The position numbers and the translations under genes were made by a program. Source: Raja brachyura (Eukaryota). From it: a stretch of 64,000 bases of DNA. The stretch lies in assembly GCA_963514005.1 (NCBI GenBank), contig OY740792.1, positions 16,306,001 to 16,370,000 on the forward strand, in the 5' to 3' direction. Positions 1 to 11,969 of the stretch are shown here, one piece after another. Under the pieces are notes generated by a model. That model did not search any database. It saw only the letters and a list, made by a program, of their open reading frames with translations, and was not told the DNA's origin. Position 1 is the first letter of the stretch. Every line of letters begins with the position of its first letter.

Positions 1-431
1 CAAACAGATAATGCCACTTTATCCCCTCACCTTTCCAAAGGGAAGTAGGTAGAGTGAGGCCAAATATTTGCAAGAATTGTAGAATTTTTCCTGGTCACAG
101 AGTCAGTAACTGTTTTATATTACAGCTGTGCCAAATATGTAAACCATTTGGCATTCCACTACTTCAATGTACAACTGGTCTGTGGCCATAGGTAATATAC
201 CATGCAAGCTAGAGGTGACATCCTATCAGCAATTGCTTGCAATCCTTCATGCCAGCTGTATTTCAACCACCGAGATAAAGTTTTTTAAAAAAGACACAAT
301 GTGTTTTGTGTCTTTTTTTGTAAACATGTATCTGCGGTTGCTTATATCTAGAAGGCAAAGTAAAAATTGGATACCGGACAACATGTGTTGTCCATTGATC
401 ATGTAGCTAATAATTCCTCATTGTGTAAGGA

Positions 432-812
432 CAATAATCAAGGATGAGTCGCACCCAGGCCATTCCCTCTTCTCCCATCAGGCAAGAGGTGTAGAAGTGT
501 GAAAACGCACACCTCCAGATTCAGGGATATTTTCTTCCCAGCTGTTATCAGGCAACTGAACCATCATACCAACAACTGGAGAGCAGTCCTGAGCTACTAT
601 CTACCTCATTGGAGACCCTCGGTCTATGTTTGATCGATATTTACTGGACTTGATCTTGAACTAAACATTATTCATGTTATTCCCCTTATCATATATCTGT
701 ACACTGTGGATAGTTCGATTGTAATTGTGTATTGTCTTTCTGCTGACTGGTTGGCGTGCAACAAAAGCTTTTCACTATGCCTCGGTACACGTGACAATAA
801 ACTAAAGTCAAA
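432..812 (+). mobile_element. Rex1/Babar-type LINE 3' end
   Basis: Degenerate IKDESHPGHSL..PSGKR..SVKTHTSRFRD.FFPAVIRQLN plus a 3' tail ending ...cacgtgacaataaactaaa. Confidence 0.75.
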
Positions 813-1150
813 CTCAAATAGGGAGAGAAGAAGAAAGAGCAAAAGAAATAAGTAGAATATTGGCTGCAAAGCAAATAGCCCCGTTTGGCCCATTGGTCTA
901 CAGAACTAAGCTATTTTTGTGTGAGGCAAAAAAAGGAAGTAACCTCCAAATGATTTTGGAAACATTGTTTGGGATCTACTGTACAATCACAGTGTAAGAG
1001 TGAGCATGTCGAGCCAAGGAATTTGAAGACTAAACAGTACAGATATATTTCAGTTATAATGCTGAATAATGGCCTTTTCTATGCATTTTGCTCAGAGAAT
1101 TTTCAAACAAGATTAAAACCAGAACCAGAACCAAATCAAGAACCAGAGCT

Positions 1151-1420
1151 CATAGATTTAAGGTGAGATGGGAAAGATTTAATGAGAATATGAGGGAAAC
1201 TTTTTCACACAGAGGATGGTGAGTATGTGGAATAAGTTGCCAGAGGGGATAATTGAGGCTGACACTATAACATTTAAAAGATACTTGGACAGGTACATGG
1301 ATAGGGAATTTTTGAGGGGTATGGTACAAATATGGGCAGATGGGACTAGTGAAGATGGGGTATCTTGTCATGGGCAAGTTGGGCCGAAGGGCCTATTTCC
1401 ATGCAGCATGGATCAATGAC
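1151..1420 (+). mobile_element. CR1-clade (HER1-like) LINE 3' end
   Basis: Encodes FFTQRMVSMWNKLPE.IIEA.T...FKRYLDRYM, the CR1 ORF2 C-terminus, plus tail ...gggccgaagggccta. Confidence 0.8.
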
Positions 1421-3567
1421 CCCATCACCCAGTCTGATATAATTTCTTATTAATCCTGAATGGAGATTTGCAATTCAATGTTCAGAACGCCATTTGTAGC
1501 CTGGGTCTACTTGGCACTTTATCTTTAAATAATGAAGAAACTTAAAATAAAATGGTGTCATAACTTGGGCTTCTTAAAGCATTGCTGTTCTGTAATATTA
1601 AGGAAACTAAATGTGCATACAAAGTGTATCTCCTGTGACTTGCCCCTCTCTCTGCACTGATGCAAATGGATCAGCAGCAGCCTGCTGCGGACCTGCTGAC
1701 CCCAAGGTACATGTGGTTTGACTGACCACTCCACTCCATATTGCCACATAAGTAGTACCAATCTTTAAATCTTGGTGCAAATATGCAGACATGTTTAAGT
1801 ATATTGGTTCAAAAATGTAGATATAGATTAAAGATAGACAACTCAATAGGCCAGGCAGCACCTTTGGAGGAAAAGGAAGACTGACTGGAGAAGGGTCCCG
1901 ACCCGAAATGTCGCATATCCTTTTCCTCCAGCGTTGCTGCCTGACCCACTGAGTTACTCTAACAATTTATGTCTATCTTTGGCATAATCAAGTGCCAGTC
2001 CCACATTAAACCTAAGCTATGTAGCAAGTAAGAACCCTGGTTGTTCTTATATTTCATTCAACCCACATGAAGTTACATACATTGATAACATTCACTGATA
2101 TTTTCAGTTCACAACGCGTGAGGCAGCACCATTATCAATATATCCTGAAAGCAAATTTGCTGGGATTTGCGTAAGTGACTGACCGTTCCAGTGTACTGGC
2201 AGACGTATCCACAGCTAGCTGCTAAACTGTATAAGATCTTTGCGTCAGGTGGTAAGGTAGTCTCAGATAATAGGGTTCATTTTTAAGACATGTTGAGACA
2301 GAGTTTTCACCTGTAAAACTAAGGTTAACGTACATTTAACATTTTCCCTTACTAATTCTGCATAACCTATATCATTAGATTTACAAGGAGATGTACCATA
2401 TTAATCAGTGATTTCCACACGTTACCAACCTTGTTCAAGGCTGCGGTGGTGATTAAAAATAATTTCTCCCTACCCAACACATTAATAAGAAAAAAAAGCA
2501 CTAATCACTACACCTCCCCATATCAAAATTCCCACTGCAGAGATGTTGGAGTATATCACTTGCCGCCTTTTACAATGTTGGATAAACAGTCTTTATAAAA
2601 AGAATTTGTAACATAAAAGATGACGAAAATTAGTAGAGGAGAGAAATCTCAGATTGATGAAAACGGAATCTCCAGGACTCAATAGAACAACTCTAATAAA
2701 TCTAACATGAAGTTTTAAAAATCTAATTTCCCTTTATAAATGCAAATAATTGATCTGAATTATTGCAAGTTATCCTCATATTTGTACCAACAGGGAGTTG
2801 TGGCACATACCTAAGCCATTTATATCAACCACTGTAGGGCTACAATGGAATTATGTAATGTTTAATGTTACAGTAACTTTTGATTCAAAATTAGAGAACT
2901 AGTGAAAATGAGACACAAAAATCTGGAGTAACTCATGATTGCTTTATGTAATTCAAACTGATTAATATGCAATGTTAAACCCACTGCCATATTTGATTAC
3001 CTAGATTTATACAAATTATGAGATAATATGCTGTTATTAGCTGGTATAAAAGGCTTAAAATATCAAAATATTTAGCAACATTATTCTATACGTACATGTT
3101 CAATGGGCTCAGTGGTATATGTTAGCACTGCCTTTGAATCTGTCAGGCTGCATTGTCAATTGATTGGCAGGATGACACTGTTTTGTCACTGTTGATTTGA
3201 GCCCATCATGTGACACATTGGCTAGTATGCTGCTGATTTGTACCCAATAACAGCTGAAGCTGCATCTGCCATGCTTCATGGGTCTGCCAGTCCATGCTGG
3301 GTGACCAGATGCTTCTGTTTATATTTGGCTCATTGCTGCCTTCTGGCCAGACTACAGCAAGCCACAGCCTAATATTCCAGCACTGGTTTACACATTGCTT
3401 CGTGTGAATGCATCCATATTGTAATGGCTCCATGCAATTTACAGAGGTTGAATTATTTCCTAACATGCAAAAAAGAACCAAAACAATAAATGGTTATATC
3501 TGACAAAAATAATTCTTTTCTGCCTTTAGAATAACTTTTTATAAAGAGGCCTTTTTATAAAGAGGTC

Positions 3568-3638
<71 letters not shown>
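3568..3638. repeat. (ATA)n microsatellite
   Basis: About 23 perfect trinucleotide units. Confidence 0.98.
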
Positions 3639-3640
<2 letters not shown>

Positions 3641-3877
3641 CTTTATTTCAGACTCAAGGTCCAGACAAGAGACAACATTACATAAAAATGCATTGCACAT
3701 TATGGAGCTGTACATTAAATAGAGGAAATAATGGCAAAGAGGCAGGTTATCTTTCCTACAGACTGTGCAGCCACTTAGTCTTAAAGTAATGGAAGTATAG
3801 AAGAAGGTTTCTAATGGGATCAGCATAGCTAGGATTTGGTTTTGATGTTCAAAGAAATATGCGCAGACACATCAGAG

Positions 3878-4176
3878 GGTGGCACAGTAGAGCTGCTGCC
3901 TCACACCGTCAGAGACCAAGCTCCCTCCTGACTATGGGTGCTCTTTGTGCAGAGTTTGGACATTCTCCCTGTGACCATGTGGGTTTTCTCCAGGTGCTCC
4001 TGGTTTCCTCCACATTTCAAAATCGTGCAGGTTTGTAGGTTAATTGGCTTCTGTAAATTGCCTCTAGTGTGTAGGGGGTGATACTGCGATAGCATAGTAC
4101 TAGTGTACAGGTGATCAATGGTCAGCCCAGGCTCGGTGGAACGAAGTGCCTGTTTCCACGTTGAATCTATAACTAA
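3878..4176 (+). mobile_element. tRNA-derived V-SINE (HE1-like)
   Basis: tRNA-like head, central gagtttg...ctccctgtgacc..gtgggttttctcc..ggtttcctcc domain, and LINE-like tail. Confidence 0.75.
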
Positions 4177-4306
4177 TCTCCCGAGATCAGTCATGAAAAT
4201 CAAACAATTTGTTTCACACGCAATTTGGTGCCAAGTTATTAGGAAGTCTAGCAGGGAGCTTTGATGGTAGGATTGAAAGTTTGGGAATGGGTGGAATCAT
4301 AAATCT

Positions 4307-4438
4307 GTGTAGGAAGGAACTGCAGATGCTGGTTTACACTGAAGATAGACACAAAATGCTGGAGTAACTCAGCAGGACAGGCAGCATCTCTGGAGAGAAG
4401 GAATGGGTGACGTTTTGGATCGAGACCATTCTTCAGAC
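4307..4438 (-). mobile_element. Penelope-derived short terminal repeat with hammerhead-like motif
   Basis: gaactgcagatgctgg...gagtaactcagc...gcagcatctc...gacgtttt.gatcgagacc.ttcttcag, the same family as 27640-27812. Confidence 0.65.
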
Positions 4439-4509
4439 AGGTATAAGTCTGTAGTCTATCCTGGTGAGTGGGATTGCACAAGGAAAATCCCATCAGCAGC
4501 ATTATTGAA

Positions 4510-5258
4510 AGTTCAAGATTCAAGAGAGATTCCAGACACATTTATTGTCACATGCACCAATTGGTACAGTGAAATTTGGGGTCACCATGCAGCCATACGA
4601 ATTAAAAAAAGAACAAAACACGATAGTATTTTAACATAAACATCCCCTGCACAGCGGAATCAAAGTTTCCTACTGCGAGGGAAGGCCCAGAGATCAGTCA
4701 TCCTCCTCTTTGTCGTTCTTTGATGTACATCCGTGGTCGGGGCCTCCCAAGCCCTCCGCAGCCCTCCGCAGTCGCCGTTACGGGTGGCCCGATGCTCTCG
4801 CCGGGATGATGGAACTCTGATGGCAGAACGGGAGAACAACCTCAGCAGCTTGGACCTCCGAATCGGCCACTTCCTACCAGAGTCCGCGGCTCCCAAAGTC
4901 CATAGGCGGAGAGTCCGAGCGGAGACCCACGCTGGAAGTCCTCGGCAAAGGGCTCCAAGGCACTGCAATGTTGAAGTCAGTGCCGCCCGCACTGGAAGCT
5001 GTACAAACCACAGCCCCGCGATGTTGTTGCAGCAGGCCCAGCACTCCGGAGCTTCAAACAGCGTTCCCAGGTGAGGAATCGCAAGTTCCGTGATGTATCC
5101 AGCGTTGTGCTGCCGCTGCTGGAGCTCTGGTCTGATCCCCGCCAGGAAAGGCCGCGCCAATCCAGTTGGTAGGCCGCGAGGAGGGGGGCAAGGACACGAC
5201 TCGGACGGTTTCCCCTACCCCCCTCCCCCACATAGAAAAATGAAAGAAACCTCCTCAA
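4510..5258 (-). mobile_element. GC-rich non-autonomous retroelement with Rex/Babar-like 3' tail
   Basis: Reverse complement is homologous to 29991-30828 (shared aattggtacatgtgaca tail, GC-rich body, tcttg-type terminal repeats). Confidence 0.6.
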
Positions 5259-8200
5259 CATACTGATCAGCAGATTGAGGCTCAATTTTGGAGAGATGAG
5301 TGGATAATACTGGCAAGATGATCCAGAACGCACTCATCTATTGCAAATGAATGGAAGCTTCACATAGGTGGCAATGGTGCAATGGGAGCAGTGTACCTCA
5401 CCCTTATCCAGCACACCAGCACTTTGCATATTTGTTTCCCCTTCAATCAATACAGCTTTTGGTGTCAACAAGTCAGCAACATGCAGTGCAGTGATCTTTA
5501 GGTTCAAGTACTCAGAAGGCACTGGTTGATATCTCCTAATACGAAGAATAGTACAGTTCACCAGTTTTGCTCAGGTCAATGGGGCATTATAACAAAAATA
5601 ATGAACAAGGTTATTGTTCCAGAAAACAAAATTAGTTGATGACTTGATCATGAACTGATAGGAAGACAAAAAGATGAGGATTATCTTTCTCGCATTTGGC
5701 ACTAGTCTAGCGTTCTTGTTGGATATAAAATGCAAATCTTGCATTGAAATGGCAAACTTCTATGGACTGATGACTTGATATGTGAACAGTACTTTCCTCT
5801 AAATGGGGATTCACTCGTGTTCTCTACCTAATCATTCTTGCTCCCATAGGTTAAGCACAGAGAAGAAATGGTTAGCTACAGTACTTCTTCTATTGCCCTC
5901 TTGCATGGGAGAATGCCTAGAAAGGGAGAACAAACATGTCATGCTTGATATTGGGTATTTATATGCATCAAGTGCTTGTGGAGAGAGTCCCTTTGCTTCA
6001 ATGTTTGCAAGCAACATCCATAAGCACTGTCTAATTCTTCTGTATTTCCTGGGTCCCTCCAAGGATTGTTAAGTAATTGAATTCCTCCAGCCATCTTTAG
6101 TCAACAGCAAGCTCTAACACAAAACCTGTAAAACCGCTTAGATCACATCTTATCTTTAAAAGTTGCAATTTTTAAATCAGGTGCAGCTTTTTCCAGGTGA
6201 CATGGTGCCCCTGGAAGTGCTCATTATAAAAAATACAGGAAGATTAAACTAATTAGTTCAGTTAGCTATCCCCTTGGTTCAATTTGCAGCAATGCAATGT
6301 TTATTTACAAGCATAAGGATCCTGCTCCTTATTTTCAATTGGGAACCAGCTCAACAATACCTCTGCTGCAACATTTAATCATGTCAAAATAATTATTTTA
6401 ATTGGACCTAAAAACTTTTCACTAGTTTCTCTTGTTATGATTTCAACTAAAAATGTTAGTTATATGTTGGAATTTATTTAATATATTAGTTTTAATGGCT
6501 TATCTAAATATCAGTCATGATTTAATTGCCTTTAAAACTATAATAATATGAAATACTTCCACATATTTTTTTTTATTGTAAGGATTGTGTCCCACACTTT
6601 TCCCCTCCTCCAACTTAAAAAAAAATCTCTTTGCTCCTGCCATTCCTGCATTCTGGATCTTACCTAAATGTACATTAAATCAGACAATAATGGTTAATGG
6701 CTTGTAAAGCCCTCTACAACCAGACACTTTGCAAATGAATAAATCATTTCTGCATTTCCACACATTCACTTCCAACAAAGTTGGAGAATGCTTCAATCCC
6801 CTCCAAAAGGGTAAGGCCAATTGTATCATCCATCAAAAATGGCAGTTTGCTGACGGATTACGGTGACTTTATGTGCAACTGCCATGTCTCGTAAATTGCT
6901 TTCAGATGGCATTGGATATGGGAGTCAATTAAAAATTATGAGTGGCTGCAGCTGACCAAATATTGTTTTCCTATATTTGTGTCAGTAGAAATCAAATGAT
7001 TTTGGAATCTACACACATTATAATTGCAAGTACCTAACCAAAGTAGTACTGTACTTTGAACTGAATGATATCACTCTTATAAAGACTGCCATTGTTAACT
7101 CTACCTCTATAACATAACTGTATCTGCATTTGATTCAGTCCATTTGCTGCTGAAATTGTCATTTGTGCTTTGCCCCAGTAGATGGCCTTCCATCTTCTAC
7201 CTTCCATAACCACAAATCATCCAAAGCCCTACTGCCTATATCCTGTTCACATGTATACTCACTAATACACCAATGCATTTGGTTTCCCTAATTACTCACA
7301 TTTAAAACATCACCATGTTTAATTATATTTGTTGACTCTCATTTCTCTGTCTATATCTCCATTCTTGCAACCCTCTGAGTGCACTGACTTCCTCTACCTC
7401 AGCCTTACGTTCACCCTCCTCACTGGCACTTTTGTGCCTCCAACTACTCAGGTACTAATCTATCATCTAATCCATTCTTTTTCACCAATTCTTGCTCTAC
7501 TTTTCCAATACCCCATAAACCTCACCTCATTTACCAATCCACCCCTCCCCCCCCCCCTTCATCTTTGGCTTCCGTATTTACTTTTCCCTTCTTGAAGCAT
7601 CTTAGAAAATAATTCTAGCTTATAGGTTATAGCTGGAGGATATGGTCAATGTTGGATTCTTGAGTGGTATTATTTCCCTGAGAAGGTTGTGACATTGGGT
7701 AGTAGTGACTGAATGTCTCATTGGACAACTTCAGAAGTCCATCATATAGAGCAGATTATGTACCAAACAAACACAACAGGAGAAATAAACTTATATTCCT
7801 GAATAAATATATTTTTCTGGGAAAAGCTATTTATCTTTTTCAAGTCAATCTTCCATGGATTTTATGTTCACTTGTCAGCAATTCTTTTGTCAATAGATTT
7901 TTTTAAAACTCAGTTTCATCACATGCCTGGTGGACTCAAATCCAGGATGTAGAAACAAGGAACTGCAGATGCTGGTTAATACACAAAAATACATCAAATG
8001 CTGGAGTAACTTAGCAGGTCAGGCAGCATCTCTGGAGAACATGAAAAGGTGATGTTTTGGCTAAAGATCCTTCTTCTGACTGATCTTCAGACTTGTAACA
8101 GTAGACCAGTATCTTATATATCACACCATCCTGAGTTTAGTTTATTGTCACATGTACCGAGTACCAGCGAAACGTTTTTGTTGCATGCTAATCAGTCAGT

Positions 8201-8719
8201 GGAAAGACAATACATGATGACAACCAGGCCATTCACAGTGTACAGATACATGATGAAGGGAACAACATGAATAACCTTTAGTGCAAGATAAAGCCAATGA
8301 TATCCAATCAAAGGTAGACAGCGGGTCCCCAATGAGATAGATAGTAGTTCAGGACTGCTCCCAAGTTGTGGTAAGGATAGCTCAGGTGCCCGAACAGAAT
8401 CCTATTCTGCATGTGCATAGTGTGAGGGTGAATATATCAGAGTGATTTCTTTTAGTGTTTGAATTGTTTCTCATCCATGATTATCCTTGTGCAGACAAAA
8501 ATGTGATTCATTAGCATGAGTTGATTATGTGGCGATTTTTTAGAAATATTGATATTTGAGTTTATAGTATGTAGGATTTAAATTCAAATCTGTGAGTCAG
8601 CCATGAGCTTTGCAAAAGCTAGAAATGTTCAATGTAAAAATCGTCCACCCAATTTACTTTTTTTTGACATACTAGTTCAAATTGTAATGTCAATATGGAA
8701 TAAATTTATCAAACACAAA

Positions 8720-9495
8720 ATGTTCCATCTGTTTGGAAGCTGTAGCAACAGTTCTTGCCATTCAGTGAGCAGGCACAAATGCCAATGGATTGCTCATCCA
8801 TCTGCACAGAATGAGGCCACTTTCATATTTGTGTGTGACCGTACATGTTTTAATTTCAGGTCATGCTAAGTAAAATGGTGCACTTTACTGTGAGCAGATG
8901 GCTGCAAATGCAGCCTGCCTTAATTAACCAACTGTACAACGCGGGGGCTGCAGTCTTAAGCATATTGCAAATACCCTGCTGTAACCAACTGCATAATGTG
9001 CATAACTGAAACACACAAGGAAATATCCCACATCATGATACTCTGAGCTGTGGGGGGTCATCATCCAGTCTCTTCTGCTTGCAACATACAAGTCCGCTTC
9101 TTTGGCTTGGCGGAGCTGAACTGCCAGCATCTGTAGAAATGGTGACTGTCAAACCAAATTAAGTTCCACGGTTCATCAGTACAACAATTCAGAGCTGGCA
9201 CGCCCAAGGAAATGTTCCAAGCAGTGAACTGGGATCAGCCTGTGGCTTCACATGGAAAATGATGGGCTGATAGCTCAGTGTGATGCCCAGAATCTTTTAA
9301 CCTCCACAGTTTCATATTAACTTATTAACACAAACTGATCAAAAGGCAACTTTTGGAATCTATGCGAGATGCGACCAGCAGGAATTCTTTAAACAAAAGA
9401 GCTGCGATTTCTTCAGCAGGGAAGGAATTTTGGAGTTAATCTTTGCCAAAATATAGCTAAACAACGAATTTACAACATTGTATCCTAACTATATG
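8720..9495 (+). pseudogene. Possible decayed EPCIP/C21orf62-family single-exon pseudogene
   Basis: One frame contains motifs resembling EPCIP in order (AQNEATFIF..NFRSC, WC..L*ADGCKC, FFGLAELN, LQHCILTI) over about 258 codons, with about 12 stops. It lies upstream of PAXBP1 on the same strand, as C21orf62 does in human. Confidence 0.35.
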
Positions 9496-10935
9496 GAATG
9501 GAATGGAATGCCTTATTGTCACATGTGACTAGGCACAGTGAAATGCTTTGCTTGCATACCCAATGTATACCCAATGTATATTTTTCCCTTATTACTATAA
9601 TTGAATTTCCATTTTATTTTTGTCAATTATGATGTTTTCAGTCAGTGGGGAAAGATAATAGTAGCTTAATCCATTAATGACTGAAGTATTTTGTAATCTA
9701 TTTTCCCCCAACATTTCAAGTATTGTTCATGATTTATTACCTTTGAAATCGTAGTGTGATTTCTAGGAAGAAGAGGAAGCAACAATTACTTCCTAATTTT
9801 CCTTTATCTGAATAGATTGAAAGAATACATTACAAGTATTAGCAATACTTAAAGATCGTGAAAAGCAGCACTAATAAAACTCGCTGTTTGGTCACATCAT
9901 AAACTCGGGCTCATTTTTCTCCCAACTGATTTTTCTGACATTCTTTCTATTTTTGAGGCAAACTAATCAAACAGCTTTTGTAACAATTTGAGTTTCTCCA
10001 GTACACATCGCCTTTAATGGATTTATTTTTTTCTTTTACAGTCTGTTTGGCACAAAGATCTACAAGAGTTTCCAGGCACAGATGAGCGAGGATTTAACAA
10101 GCTTACTGACAGAGGACAGGGAAAAGCTTAGAAAATGTACAGTTGCCGAGTAGAAAAGGCATAATCTTGATGAATAAAAAGTATTAACTAAATAATAAAG
10201 ACAGCACTGTTATGTGATAGAAATGTCTGCTATGGAATATCTCCATACCATCACCCCACGCCAATTTTACCTTGTGGCTCACAATTAAAATGTGCTCAGC
10301 TTCTGTGGGCTATTAAAATCCATGCCTTGTGTTCATTCTTCGTGTCTGAGGCTAAATTCTGAAGTGTTGTCGAGCTATTTGACAACAGAGATTGGGGAGT
10401 AGTTGGAAGTATAAGGGGTGCGTTAGAGCTTAAATCTCAGTTAAATTATATCTCTCTACCACTGCTAATTAAGTATTTTTTGGTTATCTGCGATGATTTT
10501 CTTTCATTCTGTTCAGTGATGCTGATGTCAATTGTAGCACTCAGCTATTTCTCAGCAGAGGCTGGTTAATGGTATGCAGTATCCCAAGGACATGCAGGCA
10601 GGTAGATCTGTTGATTGCAGTAAAATCCTTTGAATATGGGGGTAGTATTAGAATCCAGAGGCATTGATGGAAATGTGGGATGACAAAATATCATTACAGG
10701 ATGTCCTCGGGTTATGATAGGGACATTGGGAACTGTTTATAACCTGAACTGTTCGTAAGTCAGAAATAAACAAAAACAGTGTGTGGGAGAGGTTCAGTGA
10801 GCAGCTGTGATGGGAGTAGGTGCAGGCACAGGAAGAGCAGCCGCCAGCCGACCTCACTCAGTGAGTGAGTGGGTGAGTCTGCACAGCATTCCCAGCTCTG
10901 CTCGACTCCACCCAATCTCATGTTACAGCATAGGG

Positions 10936-11969
10936 TAGCAATGTTACAAAATTTTGAGATTTTAAAAATCAAGTCTGCAATTTATCCCATCAGATAAAGC
11001 ATAAACAGAAGTTTAATTTGACACCTAATTCACTTTCATATCTTCAGTATTAAGAAAGTTATGGCCATTTTCATACTCGGAAATTAGCATCTTGTTCCCC
11101 ATTGCCTTTCAATTGACTTAACTCAAAAGCTGTGATCTGGAACAGTTAAAAGCCCATAACTTTCTTAAAAATTAAGAGAACTCAATGAAATTTTCAGTCA
11201 TTATAGATTGAAGCATTCTGAAACAAATATGAAACAATCTTACTTGGATGACCTGAAATTAAAGCATATAATTAGTTAGTTATCTTATTGTAGCTAATTA
11301 CAAAATTCAATGAGTAGATCTAAACATCTATCCATTTCTTAAGAAAAGATAAACTTTTTTTTAATTGCCTAAGTGTCCAAATAACATTCACACAATAATC
11401 CACAATATAACATAATTTTTAAATCTCATTTTCATGAATTTCTGGGCCAAATGGAAGGAATTTAGTGTTTGATTCCTGTAAATTAATGGCCATTTAAATC
11501 AACTAGCGAGTGGGTTTTAGTGGAATGCGGTGGATTGGAACGTTGCGGTTAGCGGTGAAGTCGGGAGGAAAAATACTGTTTGTTCATACATTTTTTTGGG
11601 CCCCATTTCGCAACATGAAAATGTTATTAAAGCCTCCCGAAAAACCAACTTTTAATATAAAAATAAACTATTTACCTTTTTATCTCCCCTACGCAAAATC
11701 CTTCCGGTTGTCGGCGCTCACGGCTTTTGAAGGTGATTTTTAAATTACTCTAGTTAATAAATAATTTAACGTAATTTAAAAGTACCTTCATTCATGAAAT
11801 GTCGGAGCGATTTTTCTTCCGCAACGAAATTGCCCGACATGGATCGATTTTCCCTGCCTGTGGAAAAACGGCACTTTAAGCCCGCCCCCCTCTGAAAGGC
11901 GCCCAAGTCACGCACACGGGGAGCGGCAGAACTGCAGCGCTGCTCAAGGTAAGTTTTGTAACATACCTA
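10936..11969. mobile_element. Non-autonomous TIR DNA transposon (about 1034 bp), superfamily uncertain
   Basis: TIRs tagcaatgttacaaaa / ttttgtaacataccta (14/16 match), flanked by the 7-bp direct repeat cataggg (10929-10935 and 11970-11976). Confidence 0.85.

Noticed and set aside
3566-3826. ORF ending in poly-Ile
   Set aside because: Translation of the (ATA)n microsatellite.
4660-5333. ORFs of 113-166 aa, and similar ones at 30003-30496
   Set aside because: They lie in copies of the same GC-rich interspersed repeat, and the frames are not consistently kept between copies.
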